Origin: an uncultured Methanoregulaceae archaeon
Lineage (GTDB): Archaea > Halobacteriota > Methanomicrobia > Methanomicrobiales > Methanospirillaceae
DNA length: 64,000 nt
Assembly: GCA_963705255.1 (NCBI GenBank)
Contig: OY970061.1
Location: 896,001 to 960,000 of the forward strand
Direction of reading: 5' to 3'
Below are positions 35,680 to 45,529 of the stretch, piece by piece. The position numbers were made by a program, and so were the translations under genes. Under the pieces are notes generated by a model, which worked only from the letters and a program-made list of their open reading frames with translations, was not told the DNA's origin and did not search any database. Numbering within the stretch: the stretch's first letter is position 1; every line of letters starts with the position of its first letter.

Positions 35680-36377
35680 TCCTGCAAACAATTTTCCTGA
35701 AAATAAAAAGTCCTGCTGTGGCGGATTCCTGGTTCATGCATACTTCAGTTATGCAATACATTATGAAAATCTGCTTAAAATTTTTTAATTACCTTGCCCC
35801 GAAAACCCGTCTCTGCCAAAGGGTAAAGGCTGGATCTCTTGGAAAGGGAAATGAAATTCACCCGACTGCAATAATTGACTATGACCGGGTAATTATCGGA
35901 GATTTCTGTACTATTGAAAAAAATGTGGTAATTGAAAAAAATACAATTATCGGAAATCACGTAACCATCGGACAGGGAGTGGTGATCGGGTCTGAAGGGT
36001 TTGAATTACGGAGGATTGCGGGTGAAATCATACCGGTAGTCCATCTTGGCGGAGTCATCATTCACGACAACGTACATATCTGCCCTCATGCATGTATCGA
36101 TAAAAGCTCTCTTGGAGAATATACCGAAATAGGAGAATCATCGGTCATAATGGCTGGCGTCGAAGTCGGTCATGGAATAAAAATTGGACAACATGTAACC
36201 GTATCTGAAGGAACCATGATCGGGGGATATGCAAGGATTGGAAATCACGTAAAGATTGGCAAGCGCTGTTCGATAACAGATGGAATATCTCTGGGCGAAG
36301 ACGTGGTTATACCGGATTATTCTGTCGTGACCCGCGAGGTAAAGGGACCTTCGGGAGATGTTTCTCAATGTTCTTGA
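35676..36377 (+). CDS. LpxD-like hexapeptide-repeat N-acyltransferase 1
   Basis: Left-handed beta-helix repeats; GSEGF...HLGGVII.DNV.I....IDK...T.IG...EVGHG parallels the LpxD core. Start uncertain. Confidence 0.85.
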   Translation: MILQTIFLKIKSPAVADSWFMHTSVMQYIMKICLKFFNYLAPKTRLCQRVKAGSLGKGNEIHPTAIIDYDRVIIGDFCTIEKNVVIEKNTIIGNHVTIGQGVVIGSEGFELRRIAGEIIPVVHLGGVIIHDNVHICPHACIDKSSLGEYTEIGESSVIMAGVEVGHGIKIGQHVTVSEGTMIGGYARIGNHVKIGKRCSITDGISLGEDVVIPDYSVVTREVKGPSGDVSQCS

Positions 36378-36422
36378 AATGGGATTACATTTCAGGATTG
36401 AAATGAGTTTCAGAGGATATTT

Positions 36423-37302
36423 ATGAAATTATCAGATTTCCTGTCGGAAAAAACGGAAATAATCCGGGATGGCATTTTTTCGTCACTGGGGACATTGTTT
36501 TCACACTATCCGCAACAGATAGTATATGCAGTTCGGGAAAATGAGGTAAAAAAAATTATTGACAATCCCTCCATTTCCTGTGTAATCACAACACCTTCTC
36601 TAATTTCCAGGTTCCCTGACGGGTGGGGCATTGCATCAGCTCGGGATCCTCAATATTCATTTTATTCCCTTCAGGTCCGTGCTGAGCCAATACCCGGAAT
36701 TTGTACTTCAGCCTTTTGCCAACCGGATTTCATCATCAGCGAAAATTCATCCGAGCACAGTCATTTCTGCGCGCAGCGTATCTATCGGAAGAGACGTTGT
36801 TATCGAAAAAAACGTTATCATCCATGAACAGACAATCATCGACGAAGGATCTGTCATCAGATCCAACAGTGTCATCGGAAACTCCCCGTTACCTGCAGGT
36901 GGTGCGACAAATGGGCAAGTGGTCCAACCTTCTGGCGGGGTGCATCTCCACCGTGATGTGGATATTCATGCAAATACACAACTCCATCGTGCAATCTTCA
37001 AAGGGTATACAGAGGTTGGTGAACAGACAAAAATCGACAACCTCGATACTATCGGACAGGGAACAACAATTGGAAAACGATGTCTGATCTGTGCCGGAGT
37101 AACGGTAGGTGAATCAGTAATAATTGGGGATGATGCATGGATCGGCCCGAATGTTATTCTTGAAAATCAGATCAGGATAGGAAACAACGTTTACATCACA
37201 CTTGGTTCCAGGGTGCCCAATGACATCGATGACGATAAAGTCGTGAAAGATAATTACGCAATTGATCGGAAACGATTCAAGAAAGTCATACGAGGCATGT
37301 GA
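36423..37302 (+). CDS. LpxD-like hexapeptide-repeat N-acyltransferase 2 (frameshift near 36680)
   Basis: N-terminal LpxD-type domain (CVITT...DPQYSF) then IHPSTVIS, GGVHL..DV.I.AN, TKIDNL repeats. Confidence 0.85.
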
Positions 37303-37378
37303 CACGCATGATACAGATTTTAAAAAAACGCACGGTGTCCCTGTAACCCAAATACAGGAATGCGAGGTTAACCGATTT

Positions 37379-37747
37379 ATGCAGGACATCGGCATAGGTA
37401 CAGACATAGAAGAGATCAAGCGGTTTGAAAATCTCCGCGATCCTGCATTTGCCGCATTTCTCAGAAAGAATTTCACGGAGAACGAACTTGATTATTGTCT
37501 CTCAAAGGATGCTCCTGCCCCTCACCTTGCCGCACGGTATGCCGGCAAAGAAGCTGTGATAAAAGCGCTTTCCAGTCTGAACATCACCCATATATTTTAT
37601 CCTGCAATTGAGATCATAAACAACGAAACGGGTGTTCCGTACGTCAGGATTAATAAAGAGTACAACGAAAAAATGCATATAAAAATCAGTTTATCGCACA
37701 GTTCAGGAATGGCACTTGCATTTTGCATAATTTTACTCGAGGTATGA
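37379..37747 (+). CDS. acpS: Holo-[acyl-carrier-protein] synthase (phosphopantetheinyl transferase)
   Basis: GIGTDIEEI.RF, FT..E, AARYAGKEAVIKAL, G.P, ISLSHS. Confidence 0.93.
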   Translation: MQDIGIGTDIEEIKRFENLRDPAFAAFLRKNFTENELDYCLSKDAPAPHLAARYAGKEAVIKALSSLNITHIFYPAIEIINNETGVPYVRINKEYNEKMHIKISLSHSSGMALAFCIILLEV

Positions 37748-37748
37748 T

Positions 37749-37988
37749 ATGGCATCATTCGATGAGAATACGATAAAAAATATTTTTTGCGAAGTTCTCG
37801 GAATACCGGCACCGGAAGTTACCGACACGCTTGCCTATAACTCCTGCGCGCAGTGGGACTCCTTGAAACATCTCCAGATTGTGGCCATGATTGAAGAAAA
37901 ATTTGATATTGAGATTGATATGGATGATATCATCGCGATGGAAAATTACGGAAAAGTGAAGGAAATTCTCCATAAATATCTCACGTAA
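37749..37988 (+). CDS. Acyl carrier protein
   Basis: 79-aa acidic protein with WDSL phosphopantetheine-site motif and IEEKFDIEI; GAGGT upstream, 1 nt after the acpS stop. Confidence 0.92.
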   Translation: MASFDENTIKNIFCEVLGIPAPEVTDTLAYNSCAQWDSLKHLQIVAMIEEKFDIEIDMDDIIAMENYGKVKEILHKYLT

Positions 37989-37994
37989 CCGGTT

Positions 37995-39488
37995 ATGAAT
38001 TTCGTCGATTATCTCTTTGAACTGTGTCAAGATCCCCCAAAAGAGTGTATCCTATCCCGTGATGGCATCCTCACATACCGGGATCTGATATCCAAAGTTG
38101 ACGATCTCGCAGCATACCTGAATACAATCCTGGGAGGAGGAAACGAGTGCCTCCTGCTCTCGGAAAATACCCCGTTTTTTGTTATAGCCTATCTTGCGAT
38201 TATAAAGAGCGGGAACATGGCCCTGCTTGCAGAAACACGGATATCGGATGAACAGCTGGGAGTCATCTTCCGCGAATGTCATATCCAGGCATCATTTGTC
38301 CAGAAAAAATACCGGTCAAAGATCACAAACAACGGGAACGTATTTACCGAGGATCTCCTTCTGGTACTTCCGCACACAGAACGGTATATGAGCCCTCGCA
38401 TGGAGGACGATGATGTCGCAATCGTGATCTTCACCTCCGGGAGCACCGGCGCAAAGAAAGGCGTCATGCTCACGCATAAAAACCTGTGCGCCAACACGGG
38501 ATCGATAGTAAAGTACCTCGATCTGACATCGCACGACCGGATCTGCGCCACGCTCCCGTTCTTTTACTGCTATGGAGCATCGCTGCTGCATACCCACGTC
38601 AGGGCCGGCGGCAGCATCGTGCTCTCCAATAATATTTTCCTTGGCGGTGTCATACGGGATATCGATACCTTTTCCTGCACCGGATTTGCCGGTGTCCCGA
38701 GCACGTACCAGATCCTGATCAACAAGACCCCGTTTCTCAAAGAAAAACTCCCGACCCTCCGGTATATGATGCAGGCCGGTGGTCATCTGCCCGACAAGTA
38801 CATCCGATTGATCGCCGAAGCGTTCCCGGAAAAAAAGTTTTTTGTGATGTACGGCGCGACAGAAGCCACGGCCCGGCTTGCATATCTCCCCCCGGCACAG
38901 GTACTTACCCATATCGGTTCTATTGGAAAAGGCATCCCGGGCGTCACGCTCGAAGTACTCGACGAGAACGGGAAACCGGTACAACCCGGGGAGACCGGTG
39001 AGATCACCGCACGCGGTGACAATATCATGAAGGGCTATTATGGGGATCCAGAAGGTACGCAAAGCGTCATAAAAAACGGGCGGCTTTATACCGGGGATAT
39101 TGCCACCGTTGATGATGACGGGTATATCTATATCACAGGGCGGGCAAAAAATTTTATTAAATCCGGGGGGTACCGTATCTCCCCGAATGAAATCGAGGAT
39201 TTTATCTGTTCCCTGGACGGTGTCACCGGTTGTGTGGTGCTCGGGCTGCCAGATGAGATCATGGGCGAGGCTGTGGTTGCAGTTGTCCAGCCGGATAACG
39301 CCCCGGAAACGGCACTCAAAGAAAAGATCCTCACGCGGTGCACGCAGCACCTGCCATCCTACAAGATCCCAACCGCCATATATTTTGTCCGGGAGTTCCC
39401 GCTCAACGCATCCAACAAAGTGGACAGGCAGGCGATTGCGGCCTCAATTGTTGCCAAGCGGGAAAAAAAAGAAGGAGGATTACAATAA
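37995..39488 (+). CDS. AMP-dependent adenylation enzyme (acyl-CoA/acyl-ACP ligase)
   Basis: IFTSGSTGAKKGV, YGATE, YTGD, GR....IKSGG.RISP.EIE, NKVDR. Confidence 0.93.
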   Translation: MNFVDYLFELCQDPPKECILSRDGILTYRDLISKVDDLAAYLNTILGGGNECLLLSENTPFFVIAYLAIIKSGNMALLAETRISDEQLGVIFRECHIQASFVQKKYRSKITNNGNVFTEDLLLVLPHTERYMSPRMEDDDVAIVIFTSGSTGAKKGVMLTHKNLCANTGSIVKYLDLTSHDRICATLPFFYCYGASLLHTHVRAGGSIVLSNNIFLGGVIRDIDTFSCTGFAGVPSTYQILINKTPFLKEKLPTLRYMMQAGGHLPDKYIRLIAEAFPEKKFFVMYGATEATARLAYLPPAQVLTHIGSIGKGIPGVTLEVLDENGKPVQPGETGEITARGDNIMKGYYGDPEGTQSVIKNGRLYTGDIATVDDDGYIYITGRAKNFIKSGGYRISPNEIEDFICSLDGVTGCVVLGLPDEIMGEAVVAVVQPDNAPETALKEKILTRCTQHLPSYKIPTAIYFVREFPLNASNKVDRQAIAASIVAKREKKEGGLQ

Positions 39489-40615
39489 TGCCGAAAACCG
39501 AACCTGTCGCGACAAAGGACCCGACCCGGGGTGAACTCCTCAATCAGGCCCCGTACTTCTCGGAAGACCAGCAGAAAAACGAGTACCTCCTGCCGATCAT
39601 CAGGCAACAGCTAAAAACTGCCAGACACAACAACCGGCAGATTGATAATTTTTTCTCCAAACAGGGTATTAACATTAATGCCATTCAAAAACTGGAAGAT
39701 ATACCATATATCCCGGTACAGATGTTCAAGCTCTTCGATCTCAGGACCTGCCCGGAGCAGGAGATCGTAAAAGTCCTCCAGTCCAGCGGGACAACAGGCG
39801 GCACACCAAGCAGGATCCCGCTTGACAAAGCCACCACGTTAAACCAGATAAAAGCTCTCAAATGCATCCTATCTGAATACCTGGGGAAAAACCGGAAAAT
39901 ATTTCTTGTCATCGACCATGAAGGCATCAACAGCCCAAAAGTGGCGTTTTCCGCACGGACTGCCGGTGTCCGGGGCTTAAGCATCTATGCAAAAAAAACC
40001 TTTTACCTGCTCAGGGAGGAAGAGGGAAAACTTGTCCTGAATATGCCGGTTATCCGGGATATTGTCGAAAACTATTCGCACGAAGAGGTGTACGCATTCG
40101 GATTCACGTATATTATCTGGACCGTCTTTTACAAGCAGCTCAAAAAGGAGGGATTCCGGTTCTCCTTTGAGAACTTCATGCTGTTCCACGGTGGCGGCTG
40201 GAAGAAGATGCGGGATCTCGCGGTCTCAAAAGAGACGTTTTCAGAGACGATCGCCGCAATATTCGATACGCACCCGAACCGGATCCTGGATTTCTACGGG
40301 ATGGCCGAGCAGACTGGTATCATCTTTGTTGACTGCGAGTACGGCAACAAGCACGTGCCCTGCTTTTCCCAGGTCATCATCCGCGATCCATTCACACTTG
40401 AGCCCTGCGATATCGGCAAAACCGGGTTGATTGAGGTGATGAGCGTTCTTGCCGACAGTTATTACGACCAAGCGATCCTGACCGAGGATCTTGGCCTGCA
40501 GGTCGGTGTGGATGACTGTCCGTGCGGGCGCAAGGGCCGGTATTTCCGGTTTGTCTCGCGGGTGGAGAAAGCCGAGTTGCGCGGGTGCGGCGATACGTTC
40601 CGGGAGTCTCGCTGA
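39488..40615 (+). CDS. luxE: LuxE-family acyl-protein synthetase
   Basis: IPYIPVQMFK, SSGTTG, HGGGWKK, DFYGMAE, ILTEDLG, C-terminal ELRGC; TAATG coupling to the upstream gene. Confidence 0.88.
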   Translation: MPKTEPVATKDPTRGELLNQAPYFSEDQQKNEYLLPIIRQQLKTARHNNRQIDNFFSKQGININAIQKLEDIPYIPVQMFKLFDLRTCPEQEIVKVLQSSGTTGGTPSRIPLDKATTLNQIKALKCILSEYLGKNRKIFLVIDHEGINSPKVAFSARTAGVRGLSIYAKKTFYLLREEEGKLVLNMPVIRDIVENYSHEEVYAFGFTYIIWTVFYKQLKKEGFRFSFENFMLFHGGGWKKMRDLAVSKETFSETIAAIFDTHPNRILDFYGMAEQTGIIFVDCEYGNKHVPCFSQVIIRDPFTLEPCDIGKTGLIEVMSVLADSYYDQAILTEDLGLQVGVDDCPCGRKGRYFRFVSRVEKAELRGCGDTFRESR

Positions 40616-41919
40616 TGATTACCTGTTACCTTAGGGATGGAAAGTTTGAAAGGCAATCGTATCAGGATTTTGAGGAGATTGCCCGAAGTGTCGATACCTG
40701 CAGGGAAACCCTTGCTGCGATGCCGCTTGACGCCGTCATAAAAATCCTCGATGTGCTGGGAAAAAACGTACTCAAAAACCCGGAGATCAACACGCTCCCG
40801 GGAGTCAGTTATATCTCACTGTGGCTGCGCCGCGAGAACCTTGACCGGATCTGTCAGGTCAATTACTCCGATAAACGGTACCTCGATGGCTTTTGTAAAA
40901 ATGAGACAAATATCCTGATGATGGCACAGCCCCGGGGGATTGTATGCCACTGGATCGCGGCGAACATGCCGACCCTGGGATTCTTTTCGATTGTTCAGGC
41001 CCTCCTCTCAAAGAACGGCAGCATGGTTAAGATGCCTGAGGAGTACGTCCCGCTGATCCTGTCCATTCTCCGTGAATTCCCGGCAATTTCTGTAGATTAT
41101 GAGGGCACAACCTACTCAGGGAAAAAAGTGCTTGCCGCGATAGCTGTTGTAACCTTTGAAGGAAAATCCACGGAGGCCAGTGAGAAATTTTCCCTTGCCG
41201 CCGATTGCCGAATCATCTTTGGGGGAAGCGAAGCGATCCGCTCGATCTCGCGTCTTCCCTGCCGGGATCACTGCGAGACGATTATCTTTGGCCCGAAATA
41301 TTCGTTTGCCGTGTTCGATCGGGAATATATCGAATCGGATGGTTTTAAAAAATCCCTGGACCAGTTCGTAAAAGACATAGCAGTTTTTAACCAGATGGCA
41401 TGTTCTTCGCCGCATGTCCTGTTTCTGGTGAAAAGCCGGTACCCGCTGGATATGATAGTAGCGTGGCTGCGCGACTCCTTTGAGCGGCTGCCGGAGGCAC
41501 TCCGCAACCAGAAGATCTCGTCAGGCCTGTCGGTACATATTATTAATGCCCGGGCCCGGTACCTGTTGTCGGATGGGAAAAACTGCGTGGCATCCCATGA
41601 TCTGGGGTGGACTATCTTTATCGATCAGGATATCTGCCTGGAAGAGCCAATCCAGGGAAAATGCATTTTTACAAAAGAGATCACTACGGTGGATGAAGTA
41701 ATCCCCTTAGTAAACCGTAAGATCCAGGCAGTCTCGATCGGGATCCTCGACCCCGCAAAACGGGAATCATTTGCCAGGCAGGTCACGTGGGGGGGCGCGG
41801 ATCGGGTCGTCATTCCCGGGACTATGCACGACTTTATTCTGCCCTGGGACGGGATCATGACCCTCAATCGTCTGGTGCGATGGGTTATTCTGAGAGAGAA
41901 CCAGGGTTCGCAGGTTTGA
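40615..41919 (+). CDS. luxC: LuxC-family acyl-CoA/acyl-protein reductase
   Basis: PRGIVCHW.A.N, FGG.EAI, FGPKYS, NQMACSSPH (catalytic Cys), DRV, PWDG...L.RLVRW; TGATG coupling. Confidence 0.88.
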   Translation: MITCYLRDGKFERQSYQDFEEIARSVDTCRETLAAMPLDAVIKILDVLGKNVLKNPEINTLPGVSYISLWLRRENLDRICQVNYSDKRYLDGFCKNETNILMMAQPRGIVCHWIAANMPTLGFFSIVQALLSKNGSMVKMPEEYVPLILSILREFPAISVDYEGTTYSGKKVLAAIAVVTFEGKSTEASEKFSLAADCRIIFGGSEAIRSISRLPCRDHCETIIFGPKYSFAVFDREYIESDGFKKSLDQFVKDIAVFNQMACSSPHVLFLVKSRYPLDMIVAWLRDSFERLPEALRNQKISSGLSVHIINARARYLLSDGKNCVASHDLGWTIFIDQDICLEEPIQGKCIFTKEITTVDEVIPLVNRKIQAVSIGILDPAKRESFARQVTWGGADRVVIPGTMHDFILPWDGIMTLNRLVRWVILRENQGSQV

Positions 41920-42018
41920 TTAATATCAAACGCGGATTTTATTTCGCTGCAATTGCAAATGAGGTACCGGAATCCTTTTAATGATCTATAGGATGAGTAA
42001 GTTTGGGAGTGGTGGGAG

Positions 42019-42762
42019 ATGTTATTAAAAGGGAAAAATGCGGTAATAACCGGCTGTTTAAAAGGTATCGGCCGTTCGACATTGGATCTTTTTGCCCAGA
42101 ACGGGGCAAATGTCTGGGCATGTTGTCAGTATGAAAATGCCGATTTTGAGAAACACGTGGGAGAACTGGCAGCAAATAATAATGTGTCGATTACACCGGT
42201 TTATTTTGATTTCCTTGATCCGGAACAGATAAAAATAGCAGCTCATGCAATCAGAGAGTCAAAGCAACCTGTGGACATCCTTGTTAATGTTGCCGGTATG
42301 ACCTGTGATGCTTTGTTTCATATGACAACCATGGAGCAGATGAAAAAAGTTTTTGAAGTGAATTTTTTCTCCCAGATGCTTTTTACCCAGTACATCACCA
42401 AGAATATGATACGGCATAATTCCGGTAGTGTTATCAATATATCCTCCATATCTGCAATAGATGGTAATCCCGGGCAATTATCATATACTGCAAGTAAAGC
42501 TGCAGTTATCGGTGCAACAAAAACATTATCCGCCGAGTTGGCGGCATCCGGGATACGAGTTAATGCCATTGCCCCGGGCGTTATTAAAACAGATATGACA
42601 GAAAAACTGCCGGAAGAGGTCATGGCGAAATTTATGGCAAAAAGTGACCTTAAGCGCATGGGGCAACCGGCCGAAGTTGCAGAGGTCATTTTATTTTTAG
42701 CATCAGACCTGTCATCATATATTACCGGTCAGATAATCCGTGTCGATGGTGGAATAGGATAA
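42019..42762 (+). CDS. FabG-like short-chain dehydrogenase/reductase 1
   Basis: TGCLKGIG, NVAG, NISS, YTASK, VNAIAPG, VDGG. Confidence 0.92.
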   Translation: MLLKGKNAVITGCLKGIGRSTLDLFAQNGANVWACCQYENADFEKHVGELAANNNVSITPVYFDFLDPEQIKIAAHAIRESKQPVDILVNVAGMTCDALFHMTTMEQMKKVFEVNFFSQMLFTQYITKNMIRHNSGSVINISSISAIDGNPGQLSYTASKAAVIGATKTLSAELAASGIRVNAIAPGVIKTDMTEKLPEEVMAKFMAKSDLKRMGQPAEVAEVILFLASDLSSYITGQIIRVDGGIG

Positions 42763-42773
42763 AGGGTGAAAAA

Positions 42774-43514
42774 ATGCTGCTCAAGGATAAAAATATAATA
42801 ATCACGGGTTCTGCACGCGGAATCGGGAACGTCATACTTGAAACATTTGCCGCAAACGGGGCAAATGTTTGGGCTTGTGCACGTACGAAGACCGAAGAAT
42901 TTGAAGACAATGCACATGCGCTTTCTGAGAAATATCATGTGGAGATCTGGCCGGTCTATTTTGACCTGGTGGATCATGATCAGTTGAAGACCGCGGTAAA
43001 ATCAATTACTTCCGCAAAACGAACAGTTGATGCCCTTGTGAATAATGCCGGAGTGACATATAATGCATTGTTTCTCATGTCGCCCATAACAAAGATGCAT
43101 GAAGTATTTGAGGTAAATTTTTTTTCACCATTCGTATTCACACAATATATTGCTAAAACGATGATTCGGCAAAAAAAAGGGAGTATAATTAATATTTCCT
43201 CATCCGCAGGTATTGATGGTAATGCAGGTCGTTCTGTTTATGGTGCCAGCAAAGCAGCCGTTATTTGTGCAACAAAGGCAATGGCGGCAGAACTTGGCGA
43301 ATTCGGAGTGCGAGTAAATTCCATTGCACCCGGCATAACCCAGACGTCCATGATCTCCAGTATGACGGATAAAGTGATACAGGATACCATCCTTCAGACC
43401 GATATGAAACGTATTGGCAATCCTCATGATATTGCAAATACTGCTCTTTTTCTGGCATCAGATAAGTCATCATATTTGACCGGGCAAGTAATACGGGTGG
43501 ATGGCGGACTATAA
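42774..43514 (+). CDS. FabG-like short-chain dehydrogenase/reductase 2
   Basis: TGSARGIG, NNAG, YGASK, VNSIAPG, VDGG; paralog of the preceding gene. Confidence 0.92.
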   Translation: MLLKDKNIIITGSARGIGNVILETFAANGANVWACARTKTEEFEDNAHALSEKYHVEIWPVYFDLVDHDQLKTAVKSITSAKRTVDALVNNAGVTYNALFLMSPITKMHEVFEVNFFSPFVFTQYIAKTMIRQKKGSIINISSSAGIDGNAGRSVYGASKAAVICATKAMAAELGEFGVRVNSIAPGITQTSMISSMTDKVIQDTILQTDMKRIGNPHDIANTALFLASDKSSYLTGQVIRVDGGL

Positions 43515-43532
43515 TTTTTCTTTGTGTTAAAT

Positions 43533-44360
43533 ATGACTTCGAAAAACCAGATTATACAAAATATTGAGAAAATGGCAAACCGGATGCGCAAAAATGCGCT
43601 GGACCTAGCATTATCTGCAGGTAACAATGGTGCGCATCTTGGTTCAGGTTTGTCGATAATAGAAATAATGGCGGTTCTTTATGGGGGGATCATGAAAATC
43701 GATCCGAAAAATCCCCGCTGGGGGGAGAGGGACCGGTTTATTCTCAGTAAAGGGCACGGCACCTTGGGGTATTATACTGCCTTGGCTGAGGCGGGACTCA
43801 TCTCCTTTGAGGAACTTTCAACGTTCGAAAAAAACGGGGGATTTCTGCCAGGCCAGCCTGTCATGAATATGGATAAGGGCATTGAATTTTCAAGCGGCAG
43901 CCTAGGCCATGGCCTTTCACTGGGTGTAGGTGTGGCATTAGCTGGAAAGAAACGCGGCCAGAGTTATAAGGTTTATGTCTTAATGGGAGACGGGGAGTGT
44001 AATGAGGGATCAGTATGGGAAGCAGCGATGGCCGCAAAACATTATAAACTCTCAAACCTTGTCGCGATAATCGATGGAAATGACATGCAGTCAGATGGTG
44101 CAAGGTGTGATATTATGGCGGCAGACTATGAGACAATCTGGAAAGGGTTTGGCTGGGACGTCGCCACGGTAGATGGGCATAATGTGAGCAGTATATATGA
44201 AACTTTCCGTGCTGGTACAAGGACTGATATCCCCCGGGTAATTATTGCCAGGACCGTGAAAGGGAAGGGGGTTTCATTTATGGAATGCAATAACGAATGG
44301 CATCACAACCGGCTGACACAAGCTCAGTACGACGCGGCGATTAAGGAACTTGGTCCCTGA
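43533..44360 (+). CDS. Transketolase, N-terminal (TPP-binding) subunit
   Basis: HLG..LS, DRFILSKGH, GSLGHG, GDGE.NEG.VWEA, TVKGKGV, WH. Confidence 0.94.
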   Translation: MTSKNQIIQNIEKMANRMRKNALDLALSAGNNGAHLGSGLSIIEIMAVLYGGIMKIDPKNPRWGERDRFILSKGHGTLGYYTALAEAGLISFEELSTFEKNGGFLPGQPVMNMDKGIEFSSGSLGHGLSLGVGVALAGKKRGQSYKVYVLMGDGECNEGSVWEAAMAAKHYKLSNLVAIIDGNDMQSDGARCDIMAADYETIWKGFGWDVATVDGHNVSSIYETFRAGTRTDIPRVIIARTVKGKGVSFMECNNEWHHNRLTQAQYDAAIKELGP

Positions 44361-44372
44361 AACGAGCTTACT

Positions 44373-45356
44373 ATGATTCAAATTAATTCATTGAATGCAA
44401 GATTATGGTCGAAATTGGGACAGCAGGGAACATTCGGCATTACGATGCTTGAATTAGGGAGGGATCTAGAGAACCTGATTGTACTTTCGGCAGATTTATG
44501 TTTAACCTCCGGATTAGATCGTTTCCGTTTACAATTTCCTGAAAAATTTTTGAATGTGGGAATCGCTGAACAAAATCTGGTAGGTATCTCTGCGGGACTT
44601 GCAAAAGAGGGCTATATCGTTTTTGCCACAACCTTTGCGAATTTTGCCGCTATGCGCAGTTACGAACAGGTGCGGCTGAACATGGGATATATGGGTTTAA
44701 ATATTAAACTGGTGGGTCTTGGAAGCGGCTTTGCCATGGGAATGTTTGGCAACACGCACTATGGTATTGAAGACGTTGCGTTAATGCGTGCAATACCGGG
44801 GCTTTGTATACTCTCTCCTTCCGATTGTACGGAAGTTGTGAAAGCTACTCAAGCTGTTGCCAAGTATCCCCGTCCGATATATCTGAGACTCACCGGCATT
44901 CTGAACAACCCAATCGTTAATAAAGAAGATTACCCGTTTGAAATCGGGAAGGCGATTCCGCTGAAAAGTGGTTCGGATATTGCAATTATCGCTACAGGGT
45001 CGATGGTATATCATTCTCTCGTTGCAGCTAAACTGCTTGAATCCAAAGGAATCTCTGCTGCTGTCATCAACATGCATACGATAAAACCGCTCGATACTGA
45101 AATAATAAATGCTGCATGCAGGGACGTGAAACTTATCGTAACCGTGGAAGAACATACTGTCATCGGAGGTCTGGGGGGAGCGGTCGCGGAATATTTGAGT
45201 GGTAAGCCCCCGGGTCCTCGTCAACTTACCATCGGTGTTCCTGATGCATTTCAAAAAGCCGGGAATTATCAGTACCTGCTTGAACAAAATGGTCTCACCG
45301 GCCCGCAAATCGCTGAGAGAATGAGCTCCACTTTCAATATCCTTGTCAAATCCTGA
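44373..45356 (+). CDS. Transketolase, C-terminal subunit
   Basis: SADL, NVGIAEQN, THY.IED, YLRL, TIKPLD, TVEEH..IGGLG. Confidence 0.94.
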   Translation: MIQINSLNARLWSKLGQQGTFGITMLELGRDLENLIVLSADLCLTSGLDRFRLQFPEKFLNVGIAEQNLVGISAGLAKEGYIVFATTFANFAAMRSYEQVRLNMGYMGLNIKLVGLGSGFAMGMFGNTHYGIEDVALMRAIPGLCILSPSDCTEVVKATQAVAKYPRPIYLRLTGILNNPIVNKEDYPFEIGKAIPLKSGSDIAIIATGSMVYHSLVAAKLLESKGISAAVINMHTIKPLDTEIINAACRDVKLIVTVEEHTVIGGLGGAVAEYLSGKPPGPRQLTIGVPDAFQKAGNYQYLLEQNGLTGPQIAERMSSTFNILVKS

Positions 45357-45529
45357 AAAATCTCAAATCAGTGTACACAGCTGTTGTCCGGTTTTGGTTT
45401 CATCGGAGAGATTTAAATATAACGTTCCTGATACAATCGTGAAATCCCAGACTTGATGCAACTAAATATATGTCTGTTGAAACTCCATTTAATAACCTGT
45501 AAAATTTTTAATTGAAATGGATGAATCAT

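Noticed and set aside
35676-37302. Lipid A biosynthesis
   Set aside because: No lpxA, lpxB, lpxC or lpxK, and the flanking genes are archaeal.
39488-41919. Bioluminescence (lux) operon
   Set aside because: No luxA, luxB or luxD in the window, the host is an anaerobe, and the context is glycan biosynthesis.
37379-43514. Type II fatty-acid or polyketide synthase
   Set aside because: No ketosynthase, malonyl transferase, dehydratase or enoyl reductase in the window.
45472-45486. TCTGTTGAAAC, similar to the MITE terminus
   Set aside because: Only a short partial match; no partner end or target duplication found.
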